A DNA stretch of 64,000 nucleotides, taken from positions 8,246,001 to 8,310,000 of the forward strand of contig OZ281500.1 in the NCBI GenBank assembly GCA_965637545.1, given 5' to 3'. Positions 38,501 to 50,500 of the stretch are shown piece after piece. The notes below the pieces were generated by a model, which was not told the DNA's origin, ran no database searches, and saw nothing but the letters and a program-made list of their open reading frames with translations. A program made the translations under genes and the position numbers. Every line of letters starts with the position of its first letter. The first letter of the stretch is position 1. This stretch comes from Phallusia mammillata (taxonomy: Eukaryota).

Positions 38501-41500
38501 GTTTTGTTCTCAACCTCCGCGGGAACTGTCTCTTCCTCTTTGTTTTGTTCCTCTTCCTTGTTTTGGTCGGCTTGCTCTTCGGACACTGCGTCGGTGATGG
38601 TGAGGTCTTCTGGTGGTTCGCTTCCGGAGGTAGAGGAAGAAGAATCAGTTGTAGGCATTTTGTCCTCGACTGGTTCGTCTCGTGACAAACTGATCTCCTC
38701 GTCATTGTACAGAGCCACCATCAGTTCATTCCATTCGCCGTCCCCGTTACCCCTCTCAGCTTGTTCGTTGGTAGGGGCTTCCCCAGGACCTTCCGGATGT
38801 GACGTCACGGAGCCAATACCGGATGAGGGTGACGAAGAAATAACGGATGAGCCTGATGAAAACGGCGACAACTCGGCATGAGATAAAGCTACTCCCTCGT
38901 CGTCGGTTACTAAGTGATTTCTTGGTGGACCGATGTCGAGATTTGGTGAACTGGAAGCCTCCTTATCCTCATTAACTTCGACTTGTGTTTCTTGTTCCTG
39001 TTCTTCCACGATAATCTTGCTTTGTTGGTACATGGCCCGTACGGAAACTGGAATTTGGTCAGAAAGAAGGGAGCTCTGGATCGGCTCGCTGAAGTCACAA
39101 TAGAAGAATGTGCTGGAAGGTGATGAACCTGTAGCCTCCTGAGGATAGTTCCAATGAGATGGCGTGACTTTGTGCGACGCGAAATACTCCAACTCTGTTT
39201 GATGCAAGGTAACAGTTAGAATGTTGTCTTGTGAATGTGGCTTTTAGGTAGATTAAGGTTTTCCCATTTTACCTACCTGTGGTGCTTTCAGCGATTGGTA
39301 ACGTAAGCATCATTTCATTGTTATCGTACACACGACAATATCCAGAGATCATAAATGCAAAGGTTTGAGCAGAAAGCGGATGCATCGCCAGGACAAGCGG
39401 CTAAAAATAACAACAATAGTTACCCACATTGTAACCTTCAACATTTTGTATTAGAGTGATTGATGCACAGGACTTACAGCCATTTCTTTGAATTCAACTC
39501 TCACGTTGGTTTTACTTGCTTCGGGTTGGCACGGGGCGACCTCTACCGACGTGACGCATGTGAAATCTGCAAAGATCGACGCCATCTTGGTTTTGCTGTT
39601 CACCAGCTGACTGATGCCGTAGTGATGACCGACCACAAGCGTTATGTCGGACTCGATCACAGCCTGCAAGTTTAAAAAAGAAAACTAAAGGGATTGTAAC
39701 ACTTATTAACACGCATATCATTTTTCGACTTGGATTTAGTGTACACTTTTTACCGAATTAAATTGGATTGCATAATTAGCATGATATCAACCGATGAAAT
39801 GTTTTTTAATAACATTTTTTACAAAAATTGAGTTTTTTGTTTGTTATTTTAGGGTCTTTAATCAGGTCCTGTGGGTTGAATCGCGAGGCCAAAACACCAC
39901 TCAAATATGTATGTCTGGCGATAGCTTGTGATTACGCAAATCGCAATATTTTCTTGGCGGTCAGGAAAAAAAGGCCAGACGCAATCAGTCGGGAATTTGA
40001 TTGAAAACCAAATCTTGTAATTATTTTCCAAAATAGCCTAGGTGTTTACGTCAATTGTGTAGCAATTGTACCAGTAAGCCGGATGTATGTTAAATGAAAG
40101 ATTTTTCTATCTGTTAAGTGCATTACCAGCTCGCGCTGGGCCTAATTACCAATATCGTTGCATCGAAGTATCTGCCAGCATAGAGGTGATGCGGGGACAG
40201 AATCTTGACATATTGCATCCGGATTCGTAATAGCAGACCATCCACACTCAGATGACGCTCGCTTGTGGGCGAAGTGGGCGGAGACGAGGTACGGGTTCCG
40301 CCCCCATTTCCCAACACGTAATTGGCGAAGTTTGCCTATATGTAACAAAAGGCGAGCTAAAAATATATTTACCAGCTTGTGTTCGTTGTGATTAATAGAC
40401 AATATTTTTTAATGTTTACATTGTAAACTCGATCGTTTTGCGTAAATGATTGAGCGAAACCGCAAATGGGAAATATGTTTACAGGTACTTTGCCATACTT
40501 TGAGGTACTGTTGTAAGGTCTTTCTGTGTTCTTTAGATTGGTTGGAATTGACCAAGGCCAAAACGGAGGGTGACAAAAACCGTGCCAAGCCGTACTCTCT
40601 CCTGCACAAACAAAAGCATGTTGTTGGTTATGGATTAAAAATTCACGTTTTTGTTGTCGATAAAAAATCTATCAAGGCCGCTCGTGTTAAAACTCTAATT
40701 GACAGAAAATCGTTTGAGGTTTGTTATTTTGCAGGTGTAGGTAACCTCGAATTCAGCTGTATAACATTATTTAACCCCACAACACTTTTTCATATACGTT
40801 ACAAATACGGCAATAATGGAAGTTTTACTTGAAACTTTTCCCTCACGTATGCCATAGTATCATCCCGTATTCGACTTTTTTGAGTAACACTGTACGTAAG
40901 AAATGAAGCAATCAGCCATTGTAGATTGTCATAGGCAAAAAAGTTTTTGATTGCTGCTGTCACACGCCAGTATGTTCTTACATGGGAATTTTGTCCTAAT
41001 CACTGCGTTTGCACAACTACGACAGGCGTCAAACGGCAACAATCAATGAACTCTGCTTACTCAATTTGCTTTAGTGATATTTTGCTTGGGGCGCGGAAGG
41101 ATTTTTTCCTTGTGGGCGGGGCACTGTCCACTCCCTCTTCGCTTTTTTCATCTGCGAACTGACCAATGAAAACTTCGAGCATCTGGAAACTGGCCAATCG
41201 CAGCGCTTCGTCTAACGTAATGTCGTCGGTGAAAACGTCGCCTGTTAACATAAATGAAGTTGTTTTTTCTGCAAACGTTGTGTTGCCTCATTACGAAGGG
41301 AGTTGTAGTTTTACTATGTGGTATAAGTTACTTCACGATACATGGAAGGCCTCTTCTGCACTTTTGGGTCGAAATCTGACATCAGCACAAAACGTTTTTG
41401 TTTTAACAAACTTGAAGGAAAATTTAAACTTCCATGTGTAGCTTATTTGTAGTGGCCAAACTGCCGAATTTTCATCCTAAAGCTGACATATAAGTCAACA

Positions 41501-44500
41501 CTTAATGCGGTGGCAGTGAAGGGCACGGTACACTCGAAGCTGTGTCAAAGGTATTTTGATAGGCTTAATCAATTATTCACCGGCAACAACGTCGTTCACA
41601 CATTGCACGTAGTGATAGCGGAAGGAACGGGGATCATCGCGAGACAATTTATGGATGTCTTTCGACACGAATGTCAGCCGGAAACGACACTCATGGTATT
41701 TCACTGAGGGATTTGCGACGACCTGCGAAAAAAATCGTAAATTTTGAATCGAAATGAGACCTGTCGAATCTTTATGATAAGAGAGAGTGCTCATCTGGTT
41801 TTGCATTTTCCATTTTATTAAGTTAACGACAAAATATAAAAGTCAATTGAGTCGAAATTTTAAACACAATTTTGCAGTCAAGTATAAGTTAAAGAAAATT
41901 GACACAATTTTTTGAATTTTGGCTTGCAAAAGCCCAGTAGAAAAGTGAAGTTTTCAAACGTTGGTATCCTATGGTAGCCGATAGGACCACATAAAATTCC
42001 ACCCAACTGTAAACTGCTTTCAGTTTATTGGCTAATTTGTCAACTGTTTGTTCGTGTCTGTCAGTGATGGGCCACTGTTCTAAAATTGTTTGATACTGAA
42101 ATGCAATAAAAGCGGTTTAAGAGCCCGGCGTTGTCACGGGACCTCTTCAACACTCGGGGGCGCCGTTGGTGTTATCCCATGATTTACTTTCTGTCGTACA
42201 AAATGATTGTTAGTGAATAAAGAACATAGGCAATCCTTTCTCCAATTTTTGCTGCTGACAAATGATTATAAACGAAGTCACGGAAATGTTTGTTTTATGG
42301 AGTTTGGGCAACAATGGAATGCAAGATAGGTGAACTATTCAATGTCACACATTTGCCAATGTAAATCATTGCCTAGCGCACCTAACGAAGTCGTGAATGC
42401 AAATCGATCAACGAATCTTGTGACATGTTTTCATCTTACCTTGGCAATGCAATCCCAAGGAGCGATCAATATTTCATCGCATGTTCGGTTTCTGCGCTGA
42501 TCCCGGTGTTCTGCACAAAATAAAGCGTTCACAGTGTTACATAAGCCACCTCCGTAACCTTTCTACGAGTCCTAAGCATTGACGAGTAAAAGAAAATCGA
42601 TTGGGGTGCTAGAAATTGAATAGCCAGTCTAATTTAGTAGAGGCGATATTCGCCAGACAAGCCTGTGTCGCAAATGCAGTGGTGCAATTAAAGTTTGAAT
42701 TATTGGCGTTTATATTGTGGCCGAGGTGATGCTTCATAGCTTGTAAAGATAATTAGGGTTTTCAACAGATGTCCCTAACCGGAAAAGAGAATAGCACAAA
42801 AATTAATTGGAAACTTTAAAGAGAAAACATAAGTCATTTGTCAATAGAGTTCTAATTAGTAAGTAAAAAAAGCTTTTTTTTCCATTTTTGTTTTTTCGTT
42901 TTAAAACATTACATGACCAGTAATTGGCAAAAAGCCACTGTAATGTATTTTAGAACTCAAGGTACGAATTTATCGCTCACCGACTTGTTTTACGGGCGTA
43001 AGCACAAGAGAGTAAAGTTTTGAGTCGACAATGCCCAGTTTATCGCAAAGTGCAGTCACCACATCGCCCGCCGTTGTTTCGGAGCTGAACTGGAAAGACC
43101 GAGATTGTCCCTCCTCCAAAATTACCTTTAGAGTTCCAGGCACGATCAGCAGAGGACTGGATCCAGGCGGCTGACAATACATTACAAGGATTACGATTTT
43201 TTAGTATGAACGTTCCAAATAATAAATTTCTTAATGCTACAAAATAGTATACCAAAGTTCACTAATAACGAAACTGAAGGATTGTTATTGGTTGATGTCG
43301 CACTTGGAATTATTTTTTCTGTAGTGTAAAGCGCTGGTCCCTCAACTTTTTTAGTAACCAAACACTTTTGTGTAGTTCATTAGGTCTGTGGACCCCACGT
43401 ACCATTACACCCTTGATAAAACACTTTTTGCATTCACGGACCCCTATCTCACGAAGCCACTGTGGATCCACGAACCCCATACATACAAAGTTTAGATTAA
43501 ATGACACTTGATTGGTTACTGTACAAATCATACGTTTTCTTCTCCATCGACTCCATTGTCATCTGCGAACCTCACCCTAGGTCTGCTCATTCCTCTCATT
43601 AACCGCTTGTTCGGCTTAAGAAACGATGAGTTAGCAACCTGTGCAAAAGTTTAAGTGATTAATGCTATTTCCTGACTTTGCATGTAGAGGAGCGTCAGCA
43701 AGATGAATAACATCTATTAATGGATCAAACGTGTTTCTGCATATAATGTTTATCAGCAAAAATCATATGTGAACATATTTCAATACCAAGCACACTATAC
43801 TATTTTATTTTCGACCTTTAGAACAATTTCCAGCCCTCGTTCAGTGCAAACTGTCACTGCTAAGCAACTAGCAGTTCGGCAACAAGTAGAACATTAACTG
43901 TGGCATTTACTGCGCGACAAATTGCCCTCATTCATTACGAAACTGTTTGGACTTTCAGGCAAACAAATGCAACGTCGACACGATAAACATCATTTGCTAT
44001 GTGATGGGTGGCAGACCCCTTAGCGTTGGGTAAACCTGCAGCTATTGGTTCGGGAAACGGAAGTTATATAGGGTTGACTTGTCCGTTGCACATCAACGCC
44101 TTGTGTATGCCGTGTTTGTTTAAGCACTGGACGTTTGCACGCTTGTTCAAAGTGTCGTTATGAATTTTTGAAACTGTATGACAACGATCGCTAAATAAAC
44201 GTTGGGAAAAAAACAGTCAGCTCAATTTACACAGATTCACGCAAATAAATTCAGTTTCGCCTCATAGGACAATACTGAATGCCAAACCTATGCAAATATG
44301 ATAACTTACCCTTGTGGGTTGCACAACAGTCAAGGTTACGCTGTCGGAACTTAGCCTGCAAATGATAGAATAATGTAAATATACGAAGTTTGTTTTGTAG
44401 TCTGTTTAGCCGTGTTGTTATAATTACAACAATACTTGTCATTAGAACAAACATTGTAGATAGAATTTCAAGGTTAGACCAAACATTGTGACCAGCCTGG

Positions 44501-47500
44501 ATCATAATATTAAAAACGGCCTGCCTGGAAAATTAGTATAATTGAACATCTGAATTGTTTAATCGAACCAAGAAACATGACTAAACAATTGATCACCTGA
44601 TCAGATCAATGACAACCTCTCGAGCCGAGTTTCGAACGTATTCTGATCCGACTTTGATCACATGATCTCCGGGCAAAAGTTTTCCCTGAGACGGTCCACC
44701 TGCAAAAAAAACGATATTTAATACAACGTCGGTTACAAGTTTTCTATCAGCAAAAACTTACAATTCTATTTTTTCTGCACCGGTACATAAATATCTACTC
44801 GTTATATCTTCCTTTTTCATTCAGATTTTAAACAAAATTCGCCGACAACTTTAGCAATTGCTGTTTGCATCAGTGTACAATACAAATCCCATGTAGTCAT
44901 TTTTTAGGTGTTTGTTTAAGGCGGTAAATATTTAACGTGTTGATACAAGGCAATCAAATGGAAAGGCCACTTCTTAAGAATTGATTTTCGCGTGGCTGTG
45001 AATCATCACCCAATAAGGCGAGTGCAACATGCATGATACAACCAGGAGTGACAGGGAAATTACCCCATAAAACTTGCAGGAGAGAACATAATACAGGTAT
45101 TGCGGGATTTTTAATCAAGTGGAAAATCGATTTTCGTCTATGTAGCTGTGAACGCAAGCTGAAACAAAACCCAAAATGACACCGAAAGGAGCCGCGGCGT
45201 TAGCTTTTACAATCGTCTCTTTTCGGCCAGTTAATTGGATCATGTGTGAACGTCGCTCTGAGTGCATCGCGTTGTATTTTCATCAGGGAGGTTACAATTA
45301 ATTATTTTCGGGTGCCGCGCGAAATCAATAGGGTCAGTGCAGCGCTCTAACCAGGAAGTACGCTAGTCCGATCGTATATGCTTACCAGGTGAAACGGAGC
45401 GAATGATCACTGGCTTTTCGCTCCCGGCGATGAAACCGAATCCAAGCCGATGGTGTCGACCGATTGTATACTTGCGAGGTGCAGGCGGTTCGTGGTCACT
45501 AGATGTCGAGCTTGAGTCTGTTTCGCCGTCACCGTTGACGCGGTCGCTCCTCGGGTCGTCGTAAGTCACTTGTTGCAGGACGTGGCTGCGAATAGTATTC
45601 AAGTATTAGATGTTTAACATTAAAATTAGGAACTAATGGGTGACAATGCAGAAAAAATGACATATACGCCCAAAAGGGGGTAAAATTTGTACCATGCTAA
45701 TACCCAGCCAAACCACAACATATAATTCGCCGAGACGTTTTTTAGAGAAATGCCGTTTTTATCCTCTATCCTTTTCTTGATTAAAAAACAAATCCTAAAC
45801 TAAAAGTAACACCCAAATGCACATTTCTAAAAGAATGCAGTTAATCTAACCAAGTTTAGCACAAAATGGAAATTGAGAGAAGTGAAACTTCTAACATACA
45901 TTTATAGTTGACACCACATACCGTACAAAAGATATGAAAGAGGAACACTGTTTGTTATAGCAACGCAAACCCATTCGGTGTCTTTTTAATTGTTAAAGTT
46001 TCCAGATTGCAGTTTGCACAAGAAAAAGTTGACCCGTTCCTTCTTTATAACCCGTCATCAAGAATTCAACGTCATATATGCAACTTTTCGCTTTATTGTT
46101 GCGCTTTTACTCTGCCCGAAAATGTCAAGAAAATTACAATAGATGGACAACACATGAAAACCCGTCTTTGTGACCTGGTCATTCTTGAATAAAACGCTTT
46201 TTCACAAGGATTTGTAACCACTGAAGCGTGAAGCTGAACAACAGGACTCAAAAAGGGGTGACATTTTTCACCCGATTCGTCAACAAGTGCCCGATTACAA
46301 GCGCTTGTGTTATGAAAAAATCCCCGTTTCTTATCGGGCGGTGTTATAATTTTAGAACATGTGTTATAACACAGCCCGATTTTATCGGCAAGGGTAGTGA
46401 AGCAATAAATTTATTTTTTATTGAAAAATATTATATTTTCTTTGGAAATAATCGCAGGTGAAATGGGTTTTACATGAAATTGGCAGTTAAATGTGAACTG
46501 TTGTGACAAAAGCAAACGCATTTTAAGCAGTGAAATAGCAGCAGTACCAGATTCTCCTCGATTGTAAACTGTAAAATACAAAATGGGCCAAGGTTGTTGT
46601 ATCTAATAGGCATCCATGTTCTGATAACAAATGGAGTAATGAAAAGTGACAGTTCAGGGTGGGGGAAGCATTTCTAGTGCTTTATGAAGCAAACTAGGGC
46701 CTAACACACTATCAAATGAAGGAATTGGGACATTGGATTTAAAAAGCAATGATACATGTGGTAAGTGGTTGTCAATTGTCATGATATGCTTGTCATTCTC
46801 AACTGTTTCTATTATTTTAGCAGATGGTAATTTGTTATCTTTTTAGGCATGTTTAAAAATATGGTAGCTCATCTCTAGTGTGATCCTGGTTTTGTAAAAC
46901 ATTGGCTTTCTATCTACTGGCCTAACTCAAGCATTTTTGTGTAAACTCCTACTTGTCAAATTAAATGTTGCATACACTTTTTCTTTTATTTTTTGTTGCA
47001 GTTCAACATCTGGAAATCTGAATAGAAGCAGAAAAAAGCAGCAGAATCATTCCAAAGGTAATTCAAGATTGCCTTGGACAACATGGAAGAAAGTAATTGA
47101 TGGTGGAAGAATGGTGTGGGTGAAATGAGCTCTCTGAAGTGTCAGCTAAATCATTGATGCATACAAAATGCTTCTTGCCTCACTTGCAGGGGAACATTTT
47201 ATTTTAAGATATTCACCACACACTTCAGTTTTACATGAATCAAATCGAAATATGTGTGTTTTTTGCCAATGTACTACCCGAAGGCAGGTTTATTTAACAA
47301 TTCTTGTGCCCAATTTAAAGCAAACTTGTTATGTTAGATGTGTTCAATGATTTGTTGGTGTTATTTTAATCTCGTACCCAAATTAAGGCAAACTTGTTGT
47401 GTTGGTTAGATGTGTTTAAACATTTGTTGGTATTAACGCTGTCTTATCTACATGACATAATCATGGCGTCGTTAAAAAAGCATCTTTTGGATAAATATTT

Positions 47501-50500
47501 ATACATTTTCACTTTGATGTAGACTCTTTCAGTAAAAGTGATTCATTAGACAGGAATGAAAAACTATTATTTTTGACCAGTAATCGCTATGATAGCTTGT
47601 TTGCCAGGATTGTTTGATACAACCTCATCTTTCACATGGTAGCTTGTTTAATTTTATTTCAGTAACTCGCAACACATTGCATTTTCAGCTGTACAATGTT
47701 GTTTCACCTTTTTTGTTTCTCAGTCTGTTTACTTGATGACCCCTTTTCAGTGTACTCATTGTAAATGCAGGTTTTTGCTTGATAAATCAATCTTCTAATT
47801 ATTTATCCTCTTCACATTTATTTCTTCTTTCATATAACTGTGGCACCCAATATGAGTATGTTATTGTGTGGAAATTGGGTTTATGAGGTGCTTCATTTTT
47901 TTCATTAATAAAATGTTGCCCTTAACTGTGCGTTTGTTATTTTATCATTTTAAGTGCTAGTCTTAACTGGTTTAAAATCACAAAGGGCTTGATGTAAACA
48001 AAAACGGTTTTCACAGGTCAACTCTAAACTACATCTAGTAAACGCATAAAAAATATCTTTAGAATCTAACCACCACATGATAAATGAGAGGCGTACATCA
48101 TAAGCGAATGAAGGGCATGACCGCTTAAAAATGATTTTTCGCGCTGACGACCCTTGTAGAATATACAGGCTCCAGATCACAAACGGATTAAGATAAATGA
48201 AAACGGTTTTCACAGGTCAACTCTAAAATACATCTAGTANNNNNNNNNNNNNNNNNNNNNNNNNNNNNNNNNNNNNNNNNNNNNNNNNNNNNNNNNNNNN
48301 NNNNNNNNNNNNNNNNNNNNNNNNNNNNNNNNNNNNNNNNNNNNNNNNNNNNNNNNNNNNNNNNNNNNNNNNNNNNNNNNNNNNNNNNNNNNNNNNNNNN
48401 NNNNNNNNNNNNNNNNNNNNNNNNNNNNNNNNNNNNNNNAATGAAAATGTTTTTCACAGGTCAACTCTAAAATACATCTAATAAACACATACCTAATATC
48501 TTTAGAATCTAACCACCATATCATAAATGAAAGGCGTACATCATAAGCGAACGAAGGGCATGACCGCTTTAAAATGAATTTTCGCGCTGACGACCCTTGT
48601 AGCATATACAGGCTCCAGATCACAAACGGTTAAAGGTAAATGAAAATGTTTTTCACAGGTCAACTCTAAAATACATCTAGTAAACACATACCAAATATCT
48701 TTATCTTATAAGAAGAACATCAAAAACAAGAGGCGTACATCATAAGCGAGCACAGGGCACGACCGCTAGTGCTGTCGATTTCATGTAGGCCTATAGCATG
48801 TAAATTTCTTGTAGCGTGTAGTATATACAATCTCAACGTAGAGTGATGATGAGCGCCTCTTGATTTTAGGGTAATGATAGGAATTGATTGATATTTTGCA
48901 TGCGTTCACTCGACGTAGGTCTAGTTTAAAGTTAACCTGCGAAAAACGTTTTCAATACTTTATGTCGTTTGTATTCTGGAGCCTGTAGCCTACATGCTGC
49001 TGAGTCGACAGCGCATAAAATTATTTTAAAGCGGTCATGCCCTTCGTTCGCTTATGATGTACGCCTCTCATTTATGATGTGGTGGTTAGATTCTAAAGAT
49101 ATTTGGTATGTGTTTATTAGATGTATTTTAGAGTTGACCTGTGAAAACCGTTTTTGTTTACCTTAAACCGTTTGTGATCTGGAGCCTGTATATGCTGCAA
49201 AGGTCGTCTGCCCATAAAATGATTTTAAAGCGGTCATGCCCTTCGTTCGCTTATGATGTACGCCTCTCATTTATGATATGGTGGTTAGATTCTAAAGATA
49301 TTAGGTATGTGTTTATTAGATGTATTTTAGAGTTGACCTGTGAAAAACATTTTCATTTATCTTAATCCGTTTGTGATCTGGAGCCTGTATATTCTACAAG
49401 GGTCGTCAGCGCAAAAAATCATTTTTAAGCGGCCATGCCCTTCGTTCGCTTATGATGTACGCCTCTCATTTATGATGTGGTGGTTAGATTCTAAAGATAT
49501 TTGGTATGTGTTTACTAGATGTATTTTAGAGTTGACCTGTGAAAACCGTTTTCATTTAACTTAATCCGTTTGTGATCTGGAGCCTGTATATTCTACAAGG
49601 GTCGTCAGCGCAAAAAATCATTTTAAAGCGGTCATGCCCTTCGTTCGCTTATGATGTACGCCTCTCATTTATGATATGGTGGTTAGATTCTAAAGATATT
49701 TTTTATGCGTTTACTAGATGTATTTTAGAGTTGACCTGTGAAAACCGTTTTTATTTAACTTAAACCGCTTGTGATCTGGAGCCTGTATATGCTACAAGGG
49801 TCGTCAGCGCAAAAAATCATTTTTAAGCGGTCATGCCCTTCGTTCGCTTATGATGTACGCCTCTCATTTATCATGTGGTGGTTAGATTCTAAAGATATTT
49901 TTTATGCGTTTACTAGATGTAGTTTAGAGTTGACCTGTGAAAACCGTTTTTGTTTACATCAAGCCCTTTGTGATTTTGAACCAGTTAAGACTAGCACTTA
50001 AAATGATAAAATAACAAAAGCACAGTTAAGGGCAACATTTTATGAATGAAAAAAAAAATGAAGCACCTCATAAACCCAATTTCCACACAATAACATACTC
50101 ATATTGGGTGCCACAGTTATATGAAAGAAGAAATAAATGTGAAGAGGATAAATAATTAGAAGATTGATTTATCAAGCAAAAACCTGCATTTACAATGAGT
50201 ACACTGAAAAGGGGTCATCAAGTAAACAGACTGAGAAACAAAAAAGGTGAAACAACATTGTACAGCTGAAAATGCAATGTGTTGCGAGTTACTGAAATAA
50301 AATTAAACAAGCTACCATGTGAAAGATGAGGTTGTATCAAACAATCCTGGCAAACAAGCTATCATAGCGATTACTGGTCAAAAATAATAGTTTTTCATTC
50401 CTGTCTAATGAATCACTTTTACTGAAAGAGTCTACATCAAAGTGAAAATGTATAAATATTTATCCAAAAGATGCTTTTTTAACGACGCCATGATTATGTC

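Noticed and set aside
35684-38881. Multiple antisense and alternative-frame ORFs over the large FRMPD4 exon, and those over FEN1
   Set aside because: Shadow ORFs of GC-richer coding sequence.
48969-50001. Repeated 63-76 aa ORFs (MIWSLY...RSCPSFAYDVRLSF...) suggesting a repeat-protein gene or CRISPR-like array
   Set aside because: They are by-products of a 199-bp tandem unit. The unit is not a multiple of 3, so frames shift in each unit, and there are no unique spacers.
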